DNA from: a virus
Taxonomy: Duplodnaviria > Caudoviricetes
Reading direction: 5' to 3' (one strand)
IMG/VR virus record: IMGVR_UViG_3300020594_000249
Span: 1-28,744 of that record
DNA: 28,744 nt
The position numbers were made by a program, and so were the translations under genes. Position 1 is the stretch's first letter. Each line of letters opens with the position of its first letter. The notes beneath the pieces are model-generated. The model was not told the origin of the DNA and did not search any database. It worked only from the letters and a program-made list of their open reading frames with translations. Shown here piece by piece: positions 1 to 7,683 of this stretch.

Positions 1-219
1 ATGGCTGAGAGAGAGACTACCGAACTACGCTGGTTCGATAAATACCCAAGCTGCCTGATGTGTTCGAAGAGGGCGGATGGCGTTCTCTACGGGACGCAGA
101 ACCAATCATATGGGGCGCACTGCCAGCGCTGCGCAGATAAGCGCCTCAAGGCCTCCGAAGCGGCTCGCAAGGAAGTGATGACCACCCCTCTCAACCCATC
201 GATCCGGGGGAGGGCGTGA
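1..219 (+). CDS. small phage protein, putative Zn finger
   Basis: 72 aa with CLMC...CQRC pairs; stop overlaps the next start (GTGA). Confidence 0.65.
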   Translation: MAERETTELRWFDKYPSCLMCSKRADGVLYGTQNQSYGAHCQRCADKRLKASEAARKEVMTTPLNPSIRGRA

Positions 220-1325
220 ATGTGGCTATACGTCCCCGGAACATCCTTTCCCTCTGTGCCGGCGTCGGAGGACTCGAACTCGGCATCCAGCTTGCTCTCC
301 TCTGTCGGGGAGAGACTGGCCGAGGCGTCTGCTACGTGGAGAGGGAGTGCGCAGCAGCCGCAAGCCTGGTCGCGTCGATGGAAGCGGGGTGGTTTCATCC
401 GGCTCCTGTCTGGAGCGATATGCTCACCTTCGACGCTCGACCATGGCGTGGCGCAGTTCATATCCTCGCTTCGGGAGACCCCTGCCAGGAGAACAGCGTC
501 GCCGGCAAGCGCGCCGGATCAGCCGGGAAGCGGTTCCTCGCTCCCGAGGTTGTCCGCATTGCCGACGAGTGCCGGCCTGATCTTATCTTCCGCGAGAACG
601 TTCCGGGGAACGCAGACGGACAACTCGACGCCCTCGCCCCGGCACTGGAGCGACTGGGCTACCGGGTTGCGGCAGGAATATTCAGCTCGGCCGAAACTGG
701 CAATACCATGCGACGCGAGCGGCTTTTCATCCTGGCCGAGCGCGAAGGTGGCGAGCGGGCAGTGGGAGCGCGACCGGAATGGCAACGTCTATCCGACACT
801 GGAGGGCGCTGCGGCCGAATGGATGGCCCCTGTGGCGGACGACACGGGAACGCGGACGAAGCGCTACGGGCAAGGCGGGATGGCGCTGTCAATGCAAGCG
901 GCGAACTGGGCCGGCCCAGCAGCACAGAACCACAAGGGCAGCAGCCAGGGCAGCATGATCCGGCAGGACGGCAAATCAAGAGCCGACATCCTCAGCTATC
1001 AGGCGGAACAGTTCTTCGACCCGCCGTCATCCCCGGACCATCTGACACTTGCAGGTGGCTCGATGTCCTCGACCGCTGGCCCGAACTCCAACCAGCCCTC
1101 AGTGAAGAGGAAGCTCAATCCCATCTTCGTCGAGGCATTGATGCGATGGCCAACCGGATTGAGCGGCTTCGAGCGACAGGAAACGGCGTGGACCCGGTGG
1201 CTGCATGCACAGCTTTCTTATCTCTCAGCGCTCTACTCGCCGAGCAAGGCCGGCGATCAACTGGAGATGTTCTGATGGGCATGGCGACAGAATGGCTCAG
1301 CCCAAATCGGAGCGCCGCCGCATGA
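216..1325 (+). CDS. DNA (cytosine-5) methyltransferase, alpha-type chain (motifs I-VIII and X)
   Basis: Motif I LSLCAGVGGLELG, II YVERE, IV SGDPCQENS (catalytic PC), VI RENVPG, VIII RRERLF, X RLRATGNGV; no motif IX seen in this frame. Confidence 0.9.
   Translation: MNVAIRPRNILSLCAGVGGLELGIQLALLCRGETGRGVCYVERECAAAASLVASMEAGWFHPAPVWSDMLTFDARPWRGAVHILASGDPCQENSVAGKRAGSAGKRFLAPEVVRIADECRPDLIFRENVPGNADGQLDALAPALERLGYRVAAGIFSSAETGNTMRRERLFILAEREGGERAVGARPEWQRLSDTGGRCGRMDGPCGGRHGNADEALRARRDGAVNASGELGRPSSTEPQGQQPGQHDPAGRQIKSRHPQLSGGTVLRPAVIPGPSDTCRWLDVLDRWPELQPALSEEEAQSHLRRGIDAMANRIERLRATGNGVDPVAACTAFLSLSALLAEQGRRSTGDVLMGMATEWLSPNRSAAA
220..1275 (+). CDS. overlapping +1-frame ORF, putative beta subunit of the methyltransferase (motif IX and TRD-like repeats)
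   Basis: 351 aa open across almost all of the MTase gene; RKLNPIFVEALMRWPTG resembles motif IX; Trp-led repeats WPSA, WMAP, WAGP; GGAGG at 209-213 lies 6 nt before its ATG. Confidence 0.7.
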   Translation: MWLYVPGTSFPSVPASEDSNSASSLLSSVGERLAEASATWRGSAQQPQAWSRRWKRGGFIRLLSGAICSPSTLDHGVAQFISSLRETPARRTASPASAPDQPGSGSSLPRLSALPTSAGLILSSARTFRGTQTDNSTPSPRHWSDWATGLRQEYSARPKLAIPCDASGFSSWPSAKVASGQWERDRNGNVYPTLEGAAAEWMAPVADDTGTRTKRYGQGGMALSMQAANWAGPAAQNHKGSSQGSMIRQDGKSRADILSYQAEQFFDPPSSPDHLTLAGGSMSSTAGPNSNQPSVKRKLNPIFVEALMRWPTGLSGFERQETAWTRWLHAQLSYLSALYSPSKAGDQLEMF

Positions 1326-1435
1326 TCGCCTTCCTCCGCCGCCTCTTCCTCTGCTCAAAGTGTGGGAGGCTTATGTTTACGAACCCTGATTGCTGCTGGA
1401 GATGGAGTGGGGAAGATGAGGAGCGGGAGCCATGA
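1322..1435 (+). CDS. small hypothetical protein (37 aa, CxxC)
   Basis: MIAFLRRLFLCSKCGRLMFTNPDCCWRW...; ATGA overlaps with both neighbours. Confidence 0.55.
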   Translation: MIAFLRRLFLCSKCGRLMFTNPDCCWRWSGEDEEREP

Positions 1436-2046
1436 GCCAGGATATGACCCAGACACCAGCGGCGGATATCGTCGAGCGAATGAGGGAGGCTGCAACCGGT
1501 TTACAGTTTGGGGCACGAGAGGCTGTGTTGAACGCCGCCACCGAGATCGAAGCCCTCCGCGCTAGCGAGGCTGCACTAATTCACGACCTTGAGCGACAGA
1601 TATCCATCGCGAACACCGAGTGCCAACGTGCCGAGGAGTTGCAGCGCAAACTCGATGAGGTAGGCGGATGGCAACCGATTGAGACCGCGCCGACCGGTAT
1701 TGCAATAGATATTTGGTACGCGCCCGGACAACTCACTCCTTGTCGAATTCCTAACAGCCATCGGAGCGATGAAGGGCTTTGGTATGACGATCAAAGCAAC
1801 AGGATAATGCATCCCGACTCGATCACGCATTGGATGATGCCGCCACACACTCCCACGAAGGCGCTGCCGGCAGATGTAACAGATAACAAAGCGGGCGGAC
1901 TATGGTATCGCCGCTGGTATAAGTCGCAAAAAGCATTAGCGATTGTCTTAGCTGCCCTTGAACGAATTCTTAAGAATGACACAAGCTCAGCCGCAAATCA
2001 TGTAGCTCGAAATGCCCTCGCCTCCATCCGTGGGGAGACTGACTGA
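1432..2046 (+). CDS. phage early protein with coiled-coil N-terminus and DUF551-like domain
   Basis: WQPIETAP...ITHWM signature; coupled start and stop. Confidence 0.7.
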   Translation: MSQDMTQTPAADIVERMREAATGLQFGAREAVLNAATEIEALRASEAALIHDLERQISIANTECQRAEELQRKLDEVGGWQPIETAPTGIAIDIWYAPGQLTPCRIPNSHRSDEGLWYDDQSNRIMHPDSITHWMMPPHTPTKALPADVTDNKAGGLWYRRWYKSQKALAIVLAALERILKNDTSSAANHVARNALASIRGETD

Positions 2047-2444
2047 TGACCACTAACCCCACAGCGCCCCAGGGCGGGGGCGAGAAGCTGGCGCCGTGTC
2101 CTCTATGCGGGAGTAGAGCCGAACTTTGGAAGGCTCACCCTGATAGACCGGCGCGCAAAGCATGGATCGCCTGCATCGGCCGCTGCTGCATCATGACGCG
2201 CGAATACATGACCGACGCCGAGGCCATCGCCGCATGGAACACCCGCGCCACCCCCGACCACGCGGCTGTGCGAAACGAGGCGCTGGAGGAGGCGGCGAAG
2301 GCCTGCGAGCAGCAGCGGGACGATTTCCTGTCTCCAGAATACGCAACGGGACAGCCGCTATCATCCATTCAAGAGCGGTTTGCCTGCGATCAATGCGCCA
2401 CCGCCATCCGCGCCCTCCAGCAGAAAGGCCCGTCCAATGGCTGA
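2046..2444 (+). CDS. Lar-family restriction alleviation-like protein
   Basis: LAPCPLCGS...C...C...EAIAAWNTRA pattern typical of Lar-like proteins. Confidence 0.75.
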   Translation: MTTNPTAPQGGGEKLAPCPLCGSRAELWKAHPDRPARKAWIACIGRCCIMTREYMTDAEAIAAWNTRATPDHAAVRNEALEEAAKACEQQRDDFLSPEYATGQPLSSIQERFACDQCATAIRALQQKGPSNG

Positions 2445-2889
2445 GCAAGAGATGCTGACGGTGACAGAGGCGGATTATTCCGCGGCCGAAAATGCTGTGT
2501 CCGCCGCGAACATTGTTTCCCACGATGGTTATTACGAAGTCGATACAGACAAGGCTGCGCAAGCCTTCGCCCGCCACCGCCTTGCCACCGTGGCTGCCAC
2601 AATTGCAAGGCTGGAAGCCGGCCAAGCAGTGATGGGTGTAGAATGGCTCTCGACGCGCACGCTCGACAGATATGAAGGGCGCATCCGGGATCTGGAAGCC
2701 GCCACCAAGGCCGCCGATGATCGGGTGAGGGTGCTAGAGGAAGCGCTTGTTGAAGCATCGATCCCGCTGGAAGCTATGATTTTATGCGGCCAGCCTTCCA
2801 TGGTATCCGACGAAATGTGGGCCGGCATCATCAATGGCGTCCAGCATGCTCGCGCCGCTCTCGCAGAGGCGGGAGGCCGGGGTGGGTGA
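2437..2889 (+). CDS. hypothetical phage protein (coiled-coil)
   Basis: 150 aa from ATG 2437; overlaps neighbours in the coupled chain; ends ARAALA as many phage early proteins do. Confidence 0.7.
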   Translation: MAEQEMLTVTEADYSAAENAVSAANIVSHDGYYEVDTDKAAQAFARHRLATVAATIARLEAGQAVMGVEWLSTRTLDRYEGRIRDLEAATKAADDRVRVLEEALVEASIPLEAMILCGQPSMVSDEMWAGIINGVQHARAALAEAGGRGG

Positions 2890-3085
2890 GATCAAATACG
2901 AGATATGGCCACCGCATCAGAAAGGCGGTCAGCATGTAGGACCGGGGCCGCAAGGCGTTCGCGGGGTTCACTTCATCGACGGCCATCCGAGCGGGATTGA
3001 GGCCTGTTGCGGCATCCATCGCAGCCAGCACAAGAACAGGCGGGCAGTGGAAGAGATGATCGAATGGGCGCTGACCAATGCTTGA
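2882..3085 (+). CDS. mini peptide-chain-release-factor (GGQ/RF-1 domain only) protein, 67 aa
   Basis: GTG start with GGAGG at 2872-2876; EIKYEIW-PPHQK-GGQHVG-...-GVRGVH-...-PSGIEACC-...-RSQHKNR aligns by eye with RF1 domain 3 (GGQHVN...AIRITHLPTGIVVEC...RSQHKNK). Confidence 0.8.
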   Translation: MGEIKYEIWPPHQKGGQHVGPGPQGVRGVHFIDGHPSGIEACCGIHRSQHKNRRAVEEMIEWALTNA

Positions 3086-3198
3086 CCCGCCGCCCGTTCA
3101 TCGCCTCCCGCGATTTCTGGATGGGCGGCTGGTCAACGCTGCTCGTGCTCGCACTGATCGTTGGGGCGGTGTCGACGATCGCGGAGTGGTGGGGTTAG
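3082..3198 (+). CDS. 38-aa single-pass membrane peptide
   Basis: TTG start overlapping the upstream stop (TTGA); MTRRPFIASRDFWMGGWSTLLVLALIVGAVSTIAEWWG. Confidence 0.5.
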   Translation: MTRRPFIASRDFWMGGWSTLLVLALIVGAVSTIAEWWG

Positions 3199-3201
3199 CA
3201 G

Positions 3202-3711
3202 CTACCGGGTGGCATTCGCCTGATCCGTCATCCCGATCGCCCAATCATGCCCCGCAGAAAGCCGCGCGGTATTGGTCGCGCAGATCAGGGCATCGGATCG
3301 CGCAAGAAGGACGGAATCTCCACCGGGTCCGTCAAGGCTCGGGGCGCCTCCAGCGCCGGGCAGCGCGGCGTCGCCGGATAGACCGGGATCGGCTGCGGCG
3401 GCGGGGAGCCGCATGACGCGAGCAGCATAGTCAGCGCGGCCAGCATCGGCCCTGCGGTCAGCTTCATCGTTCAGTCTCCGGTTTTCCGTCTGGATGCTGG
3501 CGATTTCCATCTGCCAGGCAGCATCCGCGCTCGCCTGCACGGCCTTGAAATTCGCGATATCCGTTTCGTGCAGCGCCTTCTCCACACGCAGATCCTTGCG
3601 CGCGTCCGCCAGCTTTCCACGCGTCAGCGCCAGCGCTGCCGAGAGAGCGGCGATGACGATCAGCGCGGTGATGCCGAGCTGCGGGGCAAAGCGGGCGATC
3701 CGACCGATCAT
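3202..3711 (-). CDS. Rz: Rz-like inner-membrane spanin
   Basis: N-terminal TM helix then coiled coil; follows endolysin with ATGA overlap; contains a nested lipoprotein ORF. Confidence 0.8.
   Translation of the reverse strand: MIGRIARFAPQLGITALIVIAALSAALALTRGKLADARKDLRVEKALHETDIANFKAVQASADAAWQMEIASIQTENRRLNDEADRRADAGRADYAARVMRLPAAAADPGLSGDAALPGAGGAPSLDGPGGDSVLLARSDALICATNTARLSAGHDWAIGMTDQANATR
3285..3467 (-). CDS. Rz1: Rz1-like outer-membrane lipoprotein spanin nested in Rz
   Basis: Lipobox LLASC followed by a Pro-rich mature region; alternative frame inside Rz. Confidence 0.75.
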   Translation of the reverse strand: MKLTAGPMLAALTMLLASCGSPPPQPIPVYPATPRCPALEAPRALTDPVEIPSFLRDPMP

Positions 3712-4187
3712 AGCCCCTTGAGGCAAAGCCTGCGCTCATCCTCCCTCCGGTTGACCAGCCCCTGAATGCGCCGCCCTCCGGCATTGACCCACATGCGGAA
3801 GGCATCGCAGCCGCCCCGCCAGTCGCCCGCGTTGAAGCGCCGCGCCACGGTCGACCGGGCAAAGGCCACTTCACCGATATTATAGGTGAGTGAGATGGCT
3901 GCGGCGAACTGGTTGGGCCGATCGCCCAGCGCGGGCACCGCTTTCAGCACCGCCGGGGCATAGTCCAGTTCCAGCGTCCGCCGCAGCATCGCGGCGCATT
4001 CGCCGGGCGTGTAGCGGCGCATCGTGACCCGCGTTTCGCCAGTGCAGACGGTGTTGATCCCGACGATATCCTTATAGGGGTCGAGGCGCGTGCCCTCCCA
4101 TTTCTGGATAACGGGGGTCGCGATCAGCAGAGCGGCGGTGAGGCCGGCGCCGCTGATCGCCGTCGCGGCTATCTTGAGGTTGCTCAT
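3708..4187 (-). CDS. endolysin, GH24 lysozyme, probable SAR type
   Basis: WEG...YKDIVGINTVCTGET catalytic E-D-T region, YNIG, GLVNRR; weakly hydrophobic Gly/Ala-rich N-terminal helix. Confidence 0.92.
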   Translation of the reverse strand: MSNLKIAATAISGAGLTAALLIATPVIQKWEGTRLDPYKDIVGINTVCTGETRVTMRRYTPGECAAMLRRTLELDYAPAVLKAVPALGDRPNQFAAAISLTYNIGEVAFARSTVARRFNAGDWRGGCDAFRMWVNAGGRRIQGLVNRREDERRLCLKGL

Positions 4188-4360
4188 CACGTCCTCCCTG
4201 TCCAGCGTTTGACCGTCTCCGTTTCCCAGATGCGCAGGCCCGTCCAGACGATGGAGAGCAGCGCGGCAATGGCTGGCAGCATGTCGGTGATCGTTCCCAG
4301 CACGGTTGCGACGGAGGCAGCATCGATCAGATGCTTGGGGTTGAAATCATGGCCGTTCAT
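4187..4360 (-). CDS. holin (57 aa; not in the supplied ORF track)
   Basis: MNGHDFNPKHLIDAASVATVLGTITDMLPAIAALLSIVWTGLRIWETETVKRWTGRT; hydrophobic core, basic C-terminus, TGATG overlaps on both sides, directly upstream of endolysin. Confidence 0.8.
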   Translation of the reverse strand: MNGHDFNPKHLIDAASVATVLGTITDMLPAIAALLSIVWTGLRIWETETVKRWTGRT

Positions 4361-7300
4361 CACGAGGCCCCCGCCGTCGCGAATGCTGTAAAGCGATGGT
4401 TGTCAGACCCGATATCGTCCTCACGTTCCGCCAGCCCCCAATAATGCCACGCATTGTCCGACGCCCATGACGTGAGAAGATTGCCACCACGGTTGAAGAA
4501 GAATTGCTCCCCGCCGATACGCAGCTTCATGTGCTGCATCTGCAACGCGACAAGCTCGCCCATGTAGCTGCTTTTCACAAAGTTATTAGCAGCGGCGAAA
4601 ACATTCTCCGACCATGCCGGAGTTTCTACTTTATTCACCCATTCGGTTTCATAGAACAGCGGGTGCCAATTGAACTCATAGCTACCCTTCTGGATGCTAT
4701 CCTTATCCAACCCTTTGCTCACGCAATAAGCGGCCAGATCGTGCTTGTATTTTACATCCTGATCCGCAGCCGCGAGCAACTTGATCTTTGCCGCATTGAA
4801 TAATGCAAGTTGACCTGCCGCAGCCTCGGTCGGATCGGTAGATTCAAACCATGCCTTTTCGGTCGGACCCCATACGCCCTCGATATGGTCCGAAAATTTA
4901 TTAGCAAGACCATCATTGTAATAAGGTGCAGTCGCCGCGATGCCTCGCCCGGCCATCTTCTGATAGAGATTGCCATGATCCAGAATGGTTTTCATCAACC
5001 CGGAGAAACCCCCTAGCTGCCACTGGACGAACGGGCGAATGCGCTCTGAACCGAACACATCATCGAAAATGTCAAAGATTTCGCCACTGCGCTTGGAATA
5101 CCACTTGGCCCGCGCAGTCGCCGTTTGCGGATCAGACGAAACAATCGTCCAGTTTTCCGTATTGTCATCGCCCGGCACAGGGTCGCCAATGCTGCGCGCA
5201 ACGGAGGTCTGCCACGCTTTATATCCGTCGAATACAATATCGTTGGCTTCAAGAGCGATAAGTAGCAATCCGCCCGAAGCATTCTTGCTCCAATAGACAT
5301 TCGGGACAATCGAGATCAGATCGGGGATCGCTGCGCCGCCGTGATAGCCGAGTTTAACGCCATTAAACCCGCAATAGCTATAGCCATTGAAAAACGGCTG
5401 ACCAAAGTTCCATGTCTCATTGAAATATTCGGGAAGGATGCTGGAGGAAGCGTTGATATTACCCTCGTCCCGTAGCGCCGTTGCGAACGCTTCGATATAA
5501 CTGTCATTCGCCTCCAGCGGGATGCTTATGAGAATATCCATGCCACCGTTCAAATGGCTAATTTCGCCCCATGCTTTAGGGGATAGGGGGCCTGTGTAAT
5601 TGTTGCCCCGATTGACCATCTGACTGAATACACCGCCGTTCATCCGTAGCGGCGTATTCAGCACATCAGCGCCCATGTTGCGGAAAGCCTTGATTCCAGC
5701 CGTCTCGATGAATGTTTTAAACTCGTCCGAGAGGTAGCTAACCTTATCCGTTTCGCCCACTTTGTAGATGGAGAGATTTGCGGGACCGAAGTTGGTATCA
5801 GACGGATCGGCGGGGGTCAGTTTTAAGTTGCGAGAACTGGTGTAACCAGCGCTTAGTGAGATGCGGCCAGTCCCGCCGGACAGCGCCTGCGTATCGGTGA
5901 TGCCAGTGGTCGGGCCGGTCCAGCTTGCGGTACAATCGGTCGGGTAAGTGATTTCATACTCGCCCAGAGGGAGGCCCGGTGGAACGTTAACCGTATAATA
6001 GGTCGCTCCAACAGGGAGTGCGTGATACTGGCCATTCGTATCAAGGCCCGTGTTCGCAAAAGGATGAGTGTGGAGGTAGGTTTTATCATCGCCAACCTCG
6101 GCGGATGAGAGCCGGATCGGGCAGCGATTGAACGCATTGCGCTCTCGGCTCATGGCGCTGTATTCGTTGGTCGCGCCTTCGTTCATGCCTTTGATGAGCG
6201 GGAAAACGGTCTGATAAATCGGGATCGTGATTGAAGCAGATGCGGCATCTTCGCGGTGCGCGTCATCGGTCAGCCACACCGTCACGTTGCGGTTGTGCAT
6301 TTCGTCCGTGATAGGGACGTTCACGGTGAAGTTTTCAGCCGCGCCGTCAACAGGTGCCCAATCGGTGATGAGCGCACCTGTGGCGGTGTCCAGAACAAGC
6401 GCTTCAAACGAGGTGGCGCGTGAAGCTTTGCCCGTCAACTGGATCGAACGGACAAGTTCGCCAGTTTCAATATTTTCGACGGCGGCAACGCTCTCAAATA
6501 GAATTGGCCTTTGCAGAGAACCCCATGTCATGTCGTCCATGTAAACTGTGGCCCCTGAGCCACGCAATCCGATCTGCGTGCCTCCATCAAGCGTTTCATT
6601 TAGCGGATAGTTGACATCTTCTTGCGTGGATTCGCCCTTCACCAACCGATAAGGAAGAAACGGACCAGCGCCGGTCTGATGGAGAAAACGAATGTTGCCG
6701 TTCGATAAGATTTCCACACGGAGGCGATTTCCTGCAACCATTCCGCCGGTGATATTCAGATATTCATTTGATCCTGCAATTAGCGATTGGACGCCATCAA
6801 CAACTTGCTGCATTTGAACGCCATCGCTGTTGACGCGTTGAACCCAAACGTAATTACGCTCATCAGTAACCTTGACGAGCACCCTCATGGTTTGATTGGC
6901 AGGCCACTCAACGAAATGTGTCTGGCTATCGGTATCTTTTACGACGATTGCATAAATATCATCAATAATCGTCTGCGCGGTGCACTGCGCTCGGCCGTCC
7001 GAGCCAACAACAAATTTATCAGTTTCACTCGTCGCGGAGGACGGCAATCCGGTCCATCCGTTATCAGTGAGTTTTGCGCCGGTCCCGTAGTCAAACGTCT
7101 CGGTGTTTACGGGAATGCCTGATGCCTGCAGGATGATGATGTTCGATTGAACGCCACCCACATATTGCGAGATAGCGCGGCCTGCGTCGGTGGCTTCGAC
7201 GTAAGTGTAGGTCGCGCCGGCCTCATCAGTGATGGGCGCGTCATCACGATACCATTGGCCGGGATCGCTATTGGCGTTGCCGAACAGGCCTGTTTCCGCA

Positions 7301-7683
7301 TCATAGGTGATGACAGGAGCGGTCGGATCAACAGGCGCAGCCTCCACCGGACCAATCGCCTCACTGGTCGCACTGGCCGATCCACCGGGGCCTGTCGCAG
7401 TCGGGCGATAGGCGATGTTCGCGTCAAGATCGTCGGCGGCCAGCGTATAGGTCGAGCTGGTTGCTCCGCTGATTGCATCGCCGCCTCGCAGCCACGCGCG
7501 AGCGGAGACGCTACCGTTGCTGATCGTGCCATCGAGGCCGGTGAGCGTGTCGCCAACCTGCCATGGGCCGGTGCTGGGCGATATTGAGGGCGGGGCCGTC
7601 CACGAAGGGGATGGGGTGGGGGTCGGGGTGCTGCCGGATGCGCCGGAAAGCGATGACAGGCTGAGACCGAGGGAGACTCTCAT
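4360..7683 (-). CDS. large virion fibre/spike protein (1107 aa) with Ig-like N-terminal region and putative glycan-active C-terminal domain
   Basis: PT/PS linker, Ig-like WTAPPSIS...VGDTLT...STYTL segment, beta-rich middle, PEYFNETWN motif; located at the end of the morphogenesis operon. Confidence 0.7.
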   Translation of the reverse strand: MRVSLGLSLSSLSGASGSTPTPTPSPSWTAPPSISPSTGPWQVGDTLTGLDGTISNGSVSARAWLRGGDAISGATSSTYTLAADDLDANIAYRPTATGPGGSASATSEAIGPVEAAPVDPTAPVITYDAETGLFGNANSDPGQWYRDDAPITDEAGATYTYVEATDAGRAISQYVGGVQSNIIILQASGIPVNTETFDYGTGAKLTDNGWTGLPSSATSETDKFVVGSDGRAQCTAQTIIDDIYAIVVKDTDSQTHFVEWPANQTMRVLVKVTDERNYVWVQRVNSDGVQMQQVVDGVQSLIAGSNEYLNITGGMVAGNRLRVEILSNGNIRFLHQTGAGPFLPYRLVKGESTQEDVNYPLNETLDGGTQIGLRGSGATVYMDDMTWGSLQRPILFESVAAVENIETGELVRSIQLTGKASRATSFEALVLDTATGALITDWAPVDGAAENFTVNVPITDEMHNRNVTVWLTDDAHREDAASASITIPIYQTVFPLIKGMNEGATNEYSAMSRERNAFNRCPIRLSSAEVGDDKTYLHTHPFANTGLDTNGQYHALPVGATYYTVNVPPGLPLGEYEITYPTDCTASWTGPTTGITDTQALSGGTGRISLSAGYTSSRNLKLTPADPSDTNFGPANLSIYKVGETDKVSYLSDEFKTFIETAGIKAFRNMGADVLNTPLRMNGGVFSQMVNRGNNYTGPLSPKAWGEISHLNGGMDILISIPLEANDSYIEAFATALRDEGNINASSSILPEYFNETWNFGQPFFNGYSYCGFNGVKLGYHGGAAIPDLISIVPNVYWSKNASGGLLLIALEANDIVFDGYKAWQTSVARSIGDPVPGDDNTENWTIVSSDPQTATARAKWYSKRSGEIFDIFDDVFGSERIRPFVQWQLGGFSGLMKTILDHGNLYQKMAGRGIAATAPYYNDGLANKFSDHIEGVWGPTEKAWFESTDPTEAAAGQLALFNAAKIKLLAAADQDVKYKHDLAAYCVSKGLDKDSIQKGSYEFNWHPLFYETEWVNKVETPAWSENVFAAANNFVKSSYMGELVALQMQHMKLRIGGEQFFFNRGGNLLTSWASDNAWHYWGLAEREDDIGSDNHRFTAFATAGAS

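Noticed and set aside
2882-3085. Stop-codon reassignment linked to the release-factor-like gene
   Set aside because: The protein lacks codon-recognition domains, genes read normally in the standard code with all three stops used, and no suppressor tRNA was seen
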